Below are positions 40,901 to 51,994 of a DNA stretch of 64,000 bases, piece after piece (position 1 is the first letter of the stretch; each line of letters opens with the position of its first letter). A program made the translations under genes and the position numbers. Source of the stretch: Oculina patagonica. Lineage: Eukaryota. The DNA lies in the NCBI RefSeq assembly GCF_052425735.1, contig NC_135759.1, forward strand, positions 30,814,001 to 30,878,000. The letters run 5' to 3'. The notes under the pieces are model-generated. The model made no database searches. It was not told where the DNA came from and worked only from the letters and a program-made list of their open reading frames with translations.

Positions 40901-42588
40901 AGAATAATTTCTACAAAAACTGAAGTTGAAACCCTGCGAGAGTATTCGATATTTGCTGAGAAATGTGAAGCGATTCTAAATAATGTTTTGCTTTTGTTGT
41001 GGACGAATTCTCTTGGCTTCGGCGTACTATAAAATCCTCGACTCACGGGCACGGTTGTTCAAAAGACTAGATACCCGGCAGTCAAAATTTCATGAATAAT
41101 CAATACATTCAATATCCACAAAAATGATCATTGAAACCTAGCTCCCGAGAGTATTTCAGTATTTCAATTTTCGGTCGGAAATACCAAGCGAGTTTTTACA
41201 ATGTCAGTTTGGTTTTGCACAAATTGTACGAATTTTATGTGACTCACGGGCACGATTTTTCAAAGACTACATACCCGGCAGTCAAAAATCAGATCAACAG
41301 AACCTCAACGCTATTAGGCACACGTTGCGAACTGATCTGAGAGTGGTCTCCTCACTGAGGGGACAAATCCCCTGAATTTGAAAAAATCTACTTGAGTGAC
41401 TATATATAGAGGAACGCTTTGTATTTCTATTTAACCGAGAGCTTCGTCGCTTCCAACGCTAAGCCGTTTAGCCCACAGAAGAACTTCGTCGCTTCCAACG
41501 CTGAGTTCGTTTTGGCGCGAAAAGCAACACCACGTGCCACCTTTGTCACGCCACTAAAGTGTCACACCGGAAGTTACATCGGTGGCGGACTTTCGTCACC
41601 GAACGCTCAAGCGTTTTGTAGCTATTTTGTACTACTTTGCCGAGGCAATTGTTGAGGCCTTAAGTTGGAAAATCGCTTGGTATTTCTACACCGACATCTC
41701 AGCAGGTTCAAATGGAAATTTTGATGGAAAAACGGGAAGCTTTTTTGACTGCCGGGTATGTAGTCTTTGAAAAATCGTGCCCGTGAGTCACATAAAGTTC
41801 GTACAATTTGTGCAAAACCAAACTGACATTGTAAAAACTCGCTTGGTATTTCCGACCGAAAATTGAAATACTGAAATACTCTCGGGAGCTAGGTTTCAAT
41901 GATCATTTTTGTGGATATTGAATGTATTGATTATTCATGAATTTTTGACTGCCGGGTATCTAGTCTTTTGAACAACCGTGCCCGTGAGTCGAGGATTTTA
42001 TAGTACGCCGAAGCCAAGAGAATTCGTCCACAACAAAAGCAAAACATTATTTAGAATCGCTTCGCATTTCTCAGCAAATATCGAATACTCTCGCAAGGTT
42101 TCAACTTCAGTTTTTGTAGAAATTATTCTATAAGAGTTGACACCGGAGTCAGAGTACGAATTTTTTCTAAGTGTCGAAGAATCAAGATTTTGTAGTATGC
42201 CCAAGCTCGAAAATTTCCTCAAACACAAAGCCAAAACTATAATTGAAATCGCTTGGCATTTCTAAGCAAAGATCTATAGTTTTGAGGAGGATTGGATTGG
42301 TTTTTCCGTGGAAATTCTAGAATAATTTCAGACTGCCGGGTATGTAGTATTTTGAAAACACTTCCCGGCTGCCGGGTATCTAGACACAATGAATAAACAA
42401 ACATCCTAGCTACTCACATTTGCAAGATTGGAGTCCGTCAGAAGACCTCGCTTGGAGAGCAAATTAACCAGCTTTGTCTTTATCTCTAATGGAAGCAGAC
42501 CTAACGAAGTTTCGTGGTCTGGCAACTGACAAGCCACTGCTCTCAGGCAATGATTTTGTAAACTACTTACCACTGCAAAAACCGCCAT
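28936..42588 (-). CDS. AMN1: Protein AMN1 homolog (cysteine-containing leucine-rich repeats), 5 exons, 259 aa
   Basis: Exons 42588-42418, 31683-31539, 30158-29941, 29774-29718, 29124-28936; all GT-AG, phases 0,1,0,0, total 780 nt. The protein (LLSKRGLLTDSNLANVLHP..., CPRINILIFDGCPRVTDRSR..., KQLSWTVY*) matches recalled vertebrate AMN1 end to end, including the terminal WTVY. Confidence 0.92.
32179..32414. mobile_element. MITE-like element with TGCTCG internal repeats
   Basis: Imperfect TIRs TAGGAGTCATGAATGGTC / GACCATTTGATACCCCTA; about 10 copies of TGCTCG. Confidence 0.5.
33624..34136. mobile_element. PIF/Harbinger-type MITE, right end truncated
   Basis: TTA|GGGCCTGTTTAC start, the same terminus as 60439-61009; many palindromic TAGGGTAACCCTA subrepeats; matching right terminus missing. 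Confidence 0.65.
35340..36722. repeat. Copy A of a ~1.4-kb diverged direct repeat in AMN1 intron 1
   Basis: Colinear with 37353-38230 + 39124-39153 + 40209-40460; both copies end in TAGGACGACCAAAGGGTAAACTATAAATCGGCCACGCCCGATTAA. Confidence 0.85.
38233..39121. mobile_element. Non-autonomous Tc1/mariner/pogo-type element (TA TSD)
   Basis: TA|CCGTAAAAACCCGCAGATAAGCCGCACC ... GGTGCGGCTTATCCGCGGGTGTTTACGG|TA; the empty site is visible in copy A. Confidence 0.88.
39154..40206. mobile_element. Non-autonomous Tc1/mariner/pogo-type element (TA TSD)
   Basis: TA|CAGTATGGGGCCCAGTTCTCGGCC ... GGCCGAGAACTGGGCCCCATACTG|TA, a perfect 24-bp TIR; internal CCAGTTCTCGGCC repeats; empty site in copy A. Confidence 0.9.
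40639..42391. mobile_element. Foldback/MULE-like element: 650-bp TIRs, 453-bp spacer, 9-bp TSD
   Basis: Arms 40639-41288 and 41742-42391 are reverse complements with about 4 mismatches seen; AATAAACAA at 40630-40638 and 42392-42400; four TA(G/C)ATACCCGGCAG subrepeats per arm. Confidence 0.93.
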
Positions 42589-42704
42589 ATTTTCGTATCG
42601 CGATGGGTGGCAACCGCTGGCATTTTTCTGTAACACGCGGGCTCAAGAAGAAGAACAAAGTGGGCGCCAGTCTCCTCGCTCTCTCTCCTCACACGTTGTC
42701 CAAG
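42589..42704. promoter_or_regulatory. Bidirectional promoter / 5' UTR region shared by AMN1 and DERA
   Basis: 116 bp between divergent ATGs; CpG-enriched; ATCGCGAT palindrome; YY1-like AATATGGCGG over the AMN1 ATG. TSSs are not known. Confidence 0.75.
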
Positions 42705-45700
42705 ATGTCTTCCCATTTAGTTCGTAATCCTGGAGTTCCGCTCGATTTAGAGTGGGTAGGCAGGTCACGAGTTAACCTTCCTGCAGTTAAACGACGTGCA
42801 GACACGCTAAAAACCCGCCGATCGATAAAGAAGCAATGGCAAGCGGCTTGGCTTCTCCGAGCGGTGACTTGCATAGATCTAACCACCCTCTCAGGGGATG
42901 ACACTGCGACCAATGTTGCTCGGCTGTGCTTCAAGGCACAAAACCCCGTGAGACAAGACTTGCTGGAAAGCATGGGTATGGCCGACAAGGGTATAACCAC
43001 AGGTGCCGTTTGTGTTTACTCATCGCGCGTTCCGGACGCTGTCAAGACTCTCAAGAATATTGAGTCCAATGTTCCAGTTGCTTCAGTGGCTGCAGGATTC
43101 CCAGCAGGTATAAAACGAACCTAACTCTGATCGATGATTTTATTTTGTTGCCACTACCCCGCCCCCTTCAACTCCAAACCCCTCCTCATCGATATGTTTT
43201 AGTACTTGTAGAGGCCGTCATGTCAGGGGTGTAAAAAATTTACATGTTGGGGCTGTATTTAGAGGTGGAGCCTTTGTGGGGCCCATGGCACCTAATACGT
43301 GGAAAGCTCTTGTATTGCATTTCAAGCAAGTTTTAGAGCAGTAGTGATTGTTAGTGCTTTTAAGAAAGTTTTGCATCCTGGTTGTAACCTCCCTCACACC
43401 CCCTGTCCTCCTGGTTGTATTAAGTGTGTTTGTGAGCAGAGTGTCTCTCCAGGCCAGTGCTTAATGCTAGTTTCTGTATCAAAGTAACTAGGAATATTGC
43501 ACTTGAACAAAATTTATTATTTTGTTCTTGGAGGAATTCAATAAGTACAGTATAATTTACAGGAATTCAATAAGTACAGAATAATTTTCAGGATTAGTAG
43601 TCACAAGAAATATAATGTGGGGTTTTATTACAGGTCAGACTCCTCTCAAGCAAAGACTGGAGGAAATAGAGACTGCCGTGGCTTCAGGTGCCACAGAAAT
43701 CGACATTGTAATCAGCAGAGCATATGTACTGGAGGGAAACTGGGAAGCACTTTATAATGAAGTGCAGGCAATGCGCAAAGCTTGTGGAGAAGCTCATCTT
43801 AAGACAATTATTGCCACAGGTACTATTATTTTTTACTTGTATGTTCAACCTTCCAAGTTAAGACCATTTAAGTCGCCATGGCAACTAAAATTTTGGAGCA
43901 GGCATTTAAATTAGAACTGAAGTCGCCAGCCTGGCGACTAATAATTGAGAAGAAGGATTGAAAGTGTGAGCTTAATTTAGCGCCTAAAATTTTTCACTTG
44001 CGACCAAACTTGAACAGAAGGTGGCCAAATGGCCACTAAGGAAAAAAATAATTTTGGAGGGTTGATGTTGTCTGAGGTCATCAGTCTACAAATGAAACAG
44101 ATAGACTGAAAAAGGGGTATTGCAGTCATTGTACCAGTATGCCAAACTTGTCCCTTTTTTAATTTTAGATTCTTGTGCCCAGAACAGGGTTGTCATTTAA
44201 GTTGAAGTTATAACCCATATCATTTTGCTCTGTTTGCAAGTGTAACTTCAGTTGACATCTTCACCTGTAACATCAAGTGAACTCAGCTGTAACAGGTGTT
44301 ACAGGTTACAGTGCCCTGCAAGATGTCACATACATGTACACTATAACTAAATCACTTTACCTTACCCCTTTGTAAATACTTTTCGACTGACGACATTAAT
44401 ACAATGTCATTAGTGGACGGTGAGCAAGAGTTTTAGTTACCTTTTGGCAGTGGTGTATGAAAAGCCATTTACAAGTACTGGTATAACCAGTTGGCCTTCT
44501 GTTGATCAATAGAAAACACCTGATTAGCTAACCATTCATATTGCAAGTTGCCAATTGTCAGCCACTGGGTTGTTTCACATTGGGTTCACATGCATTTTAT
44601 TTTGTCATACAGGTGAACTTGGCTCTTTAACCAATGTATACAAAGCTAGTTTGGTTTCGATGATGGCTGGCTCAGATTTCATTAAAACGTCAACTGGTAA
44701 AGAGTCGGTAAATGCAACATTCCCAGTTGCATTGGTTATGGTGCGGGCAGTCAGGGATTACTATCAGGTATTACATGTACCTGTAGTGTATGGGCATTTT
44801 GCCATGAGAGAAATTATACAAGTGTTGACCATCCAATAAAGAACCTAATATCTTTCTAGCTGCAACTGTTAAATCCATGTTGGGCACTCTTATTATTCAG
44901 TTTTATCTGCGTCGTTATGCTGCCTAGAAGAAGAGATTTGCTAAACATTGGGCTAAAACTTAAAAGGTTAAAACCAACTTGGTCCAAAAGTTTTAAATGG
45001 GATGACTTTTCAATGTTAGCTTGACATCATCATCAGGTCAAAGATGAATATAATTGGGCACAAATACAAATGTACGGTAAAAAGAATTCCTAAGAGAAAC
45101 AAATTATTTGGTAAAGCTATGATGATGATGATGCAATAAGGTATTTGTATGCAGAGTTATGTTGCCATTTTGTAAATTATGAACCCATAACTTTTCTGGA
45201 TTTTGTAAACTGATCTATTCATTTTTGATTCTTTTTGTTTCTTTTGTTAAGATTTTTCTCAGAAAAAATTGAGTCAAATACATGTATAAATAAAATACAG
45301 TAAGAATAACTTAAAGAGTGTCATATCCAAAGAGTGGCTCTTTATCCCCTACTTCCAGATCGAATTGGAATTTAAAAGTGCTGGTTTTTGTGGAGGGAGG
45401 AAAACTGGAGAACCCAAACAAAAACCCTCAGAGCAAGGTTGAGATCAACAACAAACTCAACCCAGGTTTTGAACCTGAGCTCTCTCACCACTTTGTGATC
45501 CCAGCTCCCCCCAAACAAATTTATTTATCTCTCTGTTTTTCTAATTTACATGTTTAATGCTTTTCATAAAAAAAGTTAAGAAACCTTATTTGCTTCCTGT
45601 TTCAGCAAACTGGTCACAAAGTAGGCTTTAAGCCAGCAGGTGGGATCCGTAGTGCCAAAGATTCTTTAACATGGCTCTCCATGATGAAGGAAGAACTTGG

Positions 45701-46536
45701 AGATGATTGGACACATCCTAACTTGTTTAGAATTGGTGCCAGTTCTCTGCTTGGAGACATAGAGAGGCAACTATTCCACTATGTAACGGGGAGGTGAGTG
45801 AAATCTTTACTTGCGGTAATTTTACAAGTGTTTACATGAAATATTAGAAGTACAAGGAGAGGAAGAGGCTAAGTCAAGTCAAGAATGTACAGAATGATAA
45901 CGTAATTCCTTAAAGTTGGGTTTGAGGATTGACTCAGTAAAAACCTACATACCCACCTTTTTTGTCACTGTTATTTAATGTTATTCAAATATTACCTGAC
46001 TAGTAAAAATAACTTGGTATAAAGTATGACAGGATACATGTATGTACCGTTATTATTCAACAAATGCACACGCTGTCCAAATATGGTCAAAATGGGATTG
46101 TTATCTGTCATCCGTCATGACAGATATCCTGCGACATACATAGCTTGTCAAGATTCGTTTGAAATCTTGGAAATGCTGCACAACCCCAGTTTTTTCTAGT
46201 TGCAAAATATATTTTGTTGATACATGTACTTTGTTGAATAACAAAACAATTATCCTGCTCAATCTTGCGGAATTTCATCTGATTTTAGCCAACTCAGCTG
46301 TAGTATCAGGTGATATTCCGCACAATTTTGTAGGATGATTGTTAAATATTTACACTGTAGTAAACAACTGAATTGGTACATAAAAATTGAGTTGAGCAGT
46401 TTCCATTAAGAATGAAAGCCTTTGTATTGTGGTGATGAGGCTTAAACGTTTTCACCATACACATATAAATATTGAACAAAACTATTTTTTTTTCTTGTCT
46501 AGATATGCTGCACAGCATGAAATGGCCATGGCATGA
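42705..46536 (+). CDS. DERA: Deoxyribose-phosphate aldolase, 5 exons, 321 aa
   Basis: Exons 42705-43107, 43634-43819, 44613-44767, 45606-45793, 46503-46536; GT-AG, phases 1,1,0,2, total 966 nt. Motifs IDLTTLSGDDT, GFPAG, EIDIVI, DFIKTSTGK (Schiff-base Lys), GFKPAGGIR, FRIGASSLL. Confidence 0.96.
43846..44064. mobile_element. MITE with 5-bp TSD (hAT5-like, tentative) in DERA intron 2
   Basis: ATGTT|CAACCTTCCAA ... TTGGAGGGTTG|ATGTT. Confidence 0.7.
45300..45512 (-). mobile_element. Degenerate tRNA-derived SINE in DERA intron 3
   Basis: Minus strand starts GGGAGCTGGGATCACAAAGTGGTGAGAG (A-box-like), then GGTTCAAAACC (B-box-like); the body GGGTTCTCCAGTTTTCCTCCCTCC resembles recalled cnidarian SINEs. 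Confidence 0.6.
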
Positions 46537-47065
46537 TTGCTGTGAAACTCATTGGTGTAAATTGGAATATGACAGCCTATCTAGAGGGAAAGATGTAATC
46601 AATTTTATTATAGAGAACTGTGCCAATTTAAAAAACTTGCATATTAAAGGGAAGATGTGAACTGCATTGTACATGGGAATGGGAATCTGTGTTTTTTAAC
46701 TGGAGTTGTCAAATGTGACCTATTTATATAATCTTTTAATAAAACTGTAATCAGGTACTACAATGTGGCTTCTGTGTATCATACCAGCTGTCGCCAGCGA
46801 GATGCAAATCCAGCTTTCTAGAATTGAGGATGGGTACTTGAGCCAGCGGGTTAGAAGTCAAAAAAGTTATGGTCTGTCGAGAACATGCATTAGTGCCCCT
46901 TGAATCACAGTTAGTAGAGGTGATTGCGTGACGAGCACAATGAACAGCCGCATAGAGGTTAGAAATTTGAACGAGTGGAGATTTTTTTAAGTTGGTGGAA
47001 ATTTTTTTTATTAGTTAAAAACACGGTCAGTCGAGAAATTTTCACCAGTCGAGATCTGACATTAA

Positions 47066-47852
47066 GGTCGCGCAGGACCCTTGCAATCATTAGTATGTAT
47101 TTATTTAAAGAGTATGCACGAACTGCCGGACGACTGAAGCCGACAACAAACGAAATATTCATGAGAATATTTGTTTTTAAACTCTTTTGTACAAGTAATT
47201 TCTAGTAATTGTTCTCAGCTTTGTGCCACGTGCGTTGGAACATAGGGAATTATCATAATTAGATTCACAGCTTTGAATATATCACCCGTTGTTGTAAACA
47301 GTGACTCGGAAGGTCTTTGGAAGCCCCAAAACCTGCAATTTTGTGTCCAAGTTTTCTCCGCCGATATAGAATTTCAAGAGTTGATTCGCGAGGAACATAA
47401 ACTTGGTGTATTCTATTGTGCTATGACTAGAGCGAATTTTTAAATTTCCTTTTCAAAATGAAGATAGCACGTTTCAAAGTTAAGATTTCACATTTTTGCT
47501 CTCTTAGAAGCCATTAACTTGTAGCAGTTTTTGAAATTGAAAATTTCGTTCTAGCCATAGCACAAAAGAGGTTAAGATTTATCACTAGGCTATATAATCA
47601 TTTAATTTGGTGCGCTGTCCTACCCGAAAACTTGGATACAAAATCGCATTATTAAGGGCTTGTAACATCACAGTCAACGGTCATCCCTCAGTAAAAGGAG
47701 AATCATGGTGTAATTCCATCATCCCCGAATATCCTTGTTAAATTTTAGAGGAATCGATGTTCAAAATGTAGCGAATTAAAGCTTTACAAGATAGCACTCC
47801 GTCAAGAAATTTGGCTAATGAATTTTTTAATGAGCAAGGGTCCCGCGCGACC
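47066..47852. mobile_element. Kolobok-like non-autonomous DNA transposon (TTAA TSD)
   Basis: TTAA|GGTCGCGCAGGACCCTTGC ... GCAAGGGTCCCGCGCGACC|TTAA; empty site in the paralogous segment near 54055-54066. Confidence 0.82.
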
Positions 47853-48115
47853 TTAAAGAGAACAGTTTTTAAGGAGCTTTCCCACGGAGGGCGATTCTTG
47901 AAAATCTTAAATAACCTTTATTTTTAACATTTGAAATCTGCAATCCCGTTCAAACTTCTCGAATCTTAACAATCCTTGTTCTTTTTGGCTTATTATTACT
48001 ACTTATTACACTAAGTAAACTTAGTTAACTTTTATTCTGAGGTAATTTCGTAAATCAATATACCATGCGTGACCAGGAGCCCATCAGTGACAGCTCCTGC
48101 TGAGGAAACTCCTGC

Positions 48116-48844
48116 TCTAATAAGATCTATTTGTCCACAGTATTACCGATAATAAGCTATTGTGATACGTGCTTTTGCCCTTTGGGCAGCACTAACAAAA
48201 AGTCTCTTGAACGCCTACAACGACGAGCTGCGAAAATAGTATACGGTTTTAAACCTGACATAGCCACGGAAACAATACTCGAACATGTACTCGAGAACCT
48301 ACGTTGGCCGCCTCTTACAAAAACTATGGAAAAGCACTGTGCACTGTTAGTTAACGAGTGCTTGGTCGGAGACGTTCCCTCATATTTTAAAGACTATTTC
48401 CTGTTACGTAGCCAGGGCGACAAGCAACATGTTTTTAATCAGAGATGCACTATAGATCGTCTTTTACTGACATTATACTTCCAAACATTCATTTAGATGT
48501 CGCTAAAAAGTCTTTTTATTATCATGGTGCATTCATTTTTAATTGTCTTCCAACGATTATTAAGACTATGCAGCCAAAGGAACGTTTTCAAGCTATCTCT
48601 GCTTTTTATTCTTAGGTTATTTTTAGAACATTTTTAATTCGAAATTTACTTATTTTTATGAGAACACTAGTACTTCTTTTAAACTTTTTAACTTTTTTTA
48701 GCATTTTAGCGGTATCTTTTTAAAGTAGATTTTATAGATAGATAGATATTTTATACATACTCTCTTTTACTTTAAATTTGTTTTATTCTCACAGGGCCCC
48801 CGTTGATACCAGTCCTGCGACTGAAGGGGTCAGGTCACCCTGTT

Positions 48845-48848
<4 letters not shown>
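48116..48848 (+). mobile_element. 3' fragment of a degenerate non-LTR retrotransposon
   Basis: ORF 48131-48496 has VLPIISYCD, LERLQRRAAKIV, LRWPPL and VPSYFKDYF, and continues with a frameshift (KSFYYHGAFIFNCLP); absent from the paralogous segment at about 54322. Confidence 0.8.
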
Positions 48849-48908
<60 letters not shown>

Positions 48909-48912
<4 letters not shown>

Positions 48913-50187
48913 GCGTAAAAAAACGGCATTGTAAAAAAGCGGTTTTCTTACAATTATATATTTTGTAAAAAAGCTGCATTTTTACACTTATATATTTGTA
49001 AAAAAAAATGATTCGAAGGCTATAGCTTTCTTTCAATTAAAGCAAGTGTTCTGAATCTTTCTGTACGCTTAAAAGGCTTGAATTATTTGGCAGTGTCATT
49101 CTGTATTTTAATGTGTGAACATTTGTATGGCCGGTTTCTTTACAAAATTAGGTTGCAAGAAAAAGGTCTGTCTGCTATACATGTAGCTCAGCAAAGACTA
49201 ATTAAAACGGTTAGGTTTTTTCGTTTGTTTGAAATAAATTTAAATCGATAAACACTGGAGCAAGTTCTTCGTATTATATTCTAACTCTCAGCCTAAAAGC
49301 AGACGTTTGTTGTTTTAAACAGATTTAAATTTCAACTCGCCGATCGAAGGCCGCCGGAATGATGACTGTTTAGTTTTGATGAAGCAGCTGGCCTCAAATA
49401 ATAAACCGCTTCCGTTCTTAATTTTCGCATCACCGAAGCACGAGATTCGTATGAATGTATTTTAAATAGAGCTAATTTAAAAAAGTGAATATCCTGATTT
49501 CACCAAATGATTTAGTTTTCGTGACCTCTGCATGACCCTTGCGTAAACATTCACATGTCGAAACATATTAGCCAGTTTCAGTCCCTCGTTTTTTTAGCGA
49601 ACGAAAATCAATATCTTGATCGAAATGAAACAGGCTTGATGTACCGGGCATGCAAGATCGCTTCATTATCACGAACACTTCAAAAAGTGTAGCAACAAGG
49701 CAACTAAACAGATCTAGAAATGCTACACGTTTCGCATAATATTAACGTTGTGACTCAGTGTTCGACTGAGGCTTTAAGACAGTTGCGCTTTGGTATATGG
49801 GTTTTGGCATACCCTAATTCCAACTCAAATTCTCTAAAGGTACTCTATGCAGCATCTTGTCCGTTTTTCTGTAAAAAAGCAACTTTTTTACAAAGATATT
49901 TCTTGTAAAAAAGCAGCTTTTTACAAATATATATTTTTGTAAAAAAGCAGCTTTTTTACGATTATATTCTTGTAAAAAAGCAGCTTTTTTACAAATATAT
50001 ATTCCTGTAAAAAAGCAGCTTTTTTACAATTATATAACTGTAAAAAAGCTGCTTTTTTACATAAAAAAGCAGCTTTTTTACAAACATATATTCTTGTAAA
50101 AAGGCTGCTTTTTTACAATTATATATTTGTAAGAAAGCTGCTTTTTTATGTAAAAAAGCAGCTTTTTTACAAAAACCGTTTTTTTAC

Positions 50188-50193
<6 letters not shown>
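48909..50193. mobile_element. TGT...ACA DNA element inserted in a (TA)n microsatellite
   Basis: TGTGGCGTAAAAAAACGG / CCGTTTTTTTACACAACA TIRs; (TA)n on both sides (48848-48908, 50194-50229); about 9 palindromic GTAAAAAAGCAGCTTTTTTAC subterminal repeats at 49870-50172. Confidence 0.8.
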
Positions 50194-50232
<39 letters not shown>

Positions 50233-50344
50233 GTACGTGTACGTGGCGGTTCGATGGCGGTGCATGTGAGCGACATTTCAGATAATTATTTTATAATTCA
50301 CATTCGCGCCTCTTGTATGCCGTAGATTGACTTCACACGCAATC

Positions 50345-51994
50345 ATGACCAACACTACTTTCCTCAACATTTTGGCCGATGTGGTTGGTTGGGGTTATTT
50401 CTCGTGTTGGATAGTATCCTTTTTCCCACAGATATACGAAAACTGGAGACGCAAATGTGTGGTGGGTTTTTCGTTGGATACGTTGGCCGTTTATTTCCTC
50501 AGCTATGTGATGTACATGATTTACAATTTGACGGTCTTCTTCGACCCGAAACTTATCCCTGGAAATTCGAATGAAGACAACCCTGTAAAGCTGACGGATG
50601 TCGTGTTCGCTGTCGTAGCGTTTCTTTGTACAATTGTCCTTGTAATACAGTGCTTAATTTATGATCGGGGATCGCAGACAATTCATCGAAGCACTGTCGT
50701 TGTTTGTATTGGTTGTTTGCTTACTCTGGCTGTCCTAACTGTTCTTCGCTGTTTTGGTGTCGGCTCGTGGTTTTTGGTCCTCCAGTACTGTGGATACGTA
50801 AAACTGGTTGTGTCATTTGGAACGGTAAGTTATTCACCGAAGTTAACGTGAATTACGTGCGTTCAATAACGCGTTAAACATGCATAAAATTAACGTGAAT
50901 GTATCGTTAATTTTCCTATAATAAGGTATACTTTTTTAACCTTTGTACACTGAGTAGTGAACTTGTGTTTATAAGAATCTCTTTTATAATAATGTTGAGG
51001 GTAAGAAAGGGTAAAGTCTTATTAGAACAAGCTAAGAACATAACCAAGGCTGATATTTGGGTAAGAACTAAATTTGTTTCCCCATCATTTATTCTGAAAA
51101 TGCAAAATAATACACGTACAGAATGAATCAACCTATGGCCATCTTTTAATTATTGGGAAGGCATTTTTTGCAGGTTGAATTTCGTAGTCTACTTCGCACT
51201 CCGGTTAGCCCGAATAACACTCCGATTAGCCTAAATTAGCTTAGGTTGCTTGGGTTGACCTTATTGTTAGGGTTTTTGCAACTTCAACTCAAATAAACGG
51301 GTTGTTTCAACCTGCAACCTGCAAAAAATACCTGTCGACCTTTATTTAAATCTGACTCGGCTGGAACCATCAATTCACGTGACAGTGACATGGACGCCAG
51401 AGTCGGAGAGTTTCACTGCAAGAGGAACATTTTAAGGACGGCTTCCGGCTCAAATCGTCGATATAGAGGGTCCTGAGGGGGGTGAGGGGGAGGGAGGGGG
51501 GGGGGGTTGGAATAAATCCCATTTTCCCAGCCCAGTTAAAAAAATGAACGTTGAAGTGAGTTTTTGAGTTAACTGAAAAATGTTTAATACATTAATAAAA
51601 TACTGATTAAACCAAAATATACTTTTTCATTACATGTATTTAGTATTATCCTCAAGTTTGGCTAAATTTCAAGCGGAAGTCGACAGTTGGATTTCATATT
51701 GGTGGAGTGCTCCTTGATTTTGGAGGTGGAGTTCTTAGCTTTTTACAAATGGATCTGTACTGCTTCATTGAACACAGTAACGATCAACTGACTGGCAACA
51801 TTCCCAAGATGGCCCTGGCTGTAGTTTCACTTTTATTCAACATCATCCTTATCTTGCAGCATTATGTTCTCTATTTTGGAAATGAACACAAGGCCAGTGA
51901 AAATGAACCATTGCTTGGAGGCGCGCACCGGAAGACTAACTTTTATACCGTAGACGTCAACGCTGAAGAAAGAGATTTTCTGCCGACGAGTTAG
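50345..51994 (+). CDS. Cystinosin-like PQ-loop transporter, copy 1 (2 exons seen, 276 aa)
   Basis: Exons 50345-50824 and 51644-51994, phase 0. Motifs GWGYF..W.VSFFPQIYENWRRK.VVGFS.D, YPQVWLNFKRKSTVG, LLDFGGG, ILQHYVLY; dileucine ENEPLL. A possible acceptor at 50324-50325 means upstream exons cannot be excluded. Confidence 0.88.

Noticed and set aside
40796-42234. Identical ORF pairs on opposite strands (78 aa; 69/63 aa)
   Set aside because: They are by-products of the 650-bp inverted arms, with TTG starts and no protein-like features.
42406-42704. Apparent overlap of DERA and AMN1 coding sequence (ORFs 42474+ and 42636-)
   Set aside because: The extensions use non-ATG starts; homology begins at ATG 42705 (DERA) and ATG 42588 (AMN1).
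45440-45512. Possible tRNA gene (A/B-box-like motifs)
   Set aside because: No complete cloverleaf; it is the decayed head of a SINE.
42705-46536. Bacterial deoC horizontal transfer
   Set aside because: The gene has four spliceosomal introns and the animal-type N-terminal extension (RNPG..LDL.W); it is an ordinary metazoan DERA.
49870-50172. Palindromic ~21-bp repeats with short spacers resembling a CRISPR array
   Set aside because: Spacers are about 10 bp and similar to each other, there are no cas genes, the context is eukaryotic, and the array is the subterminal region of a TIR element.
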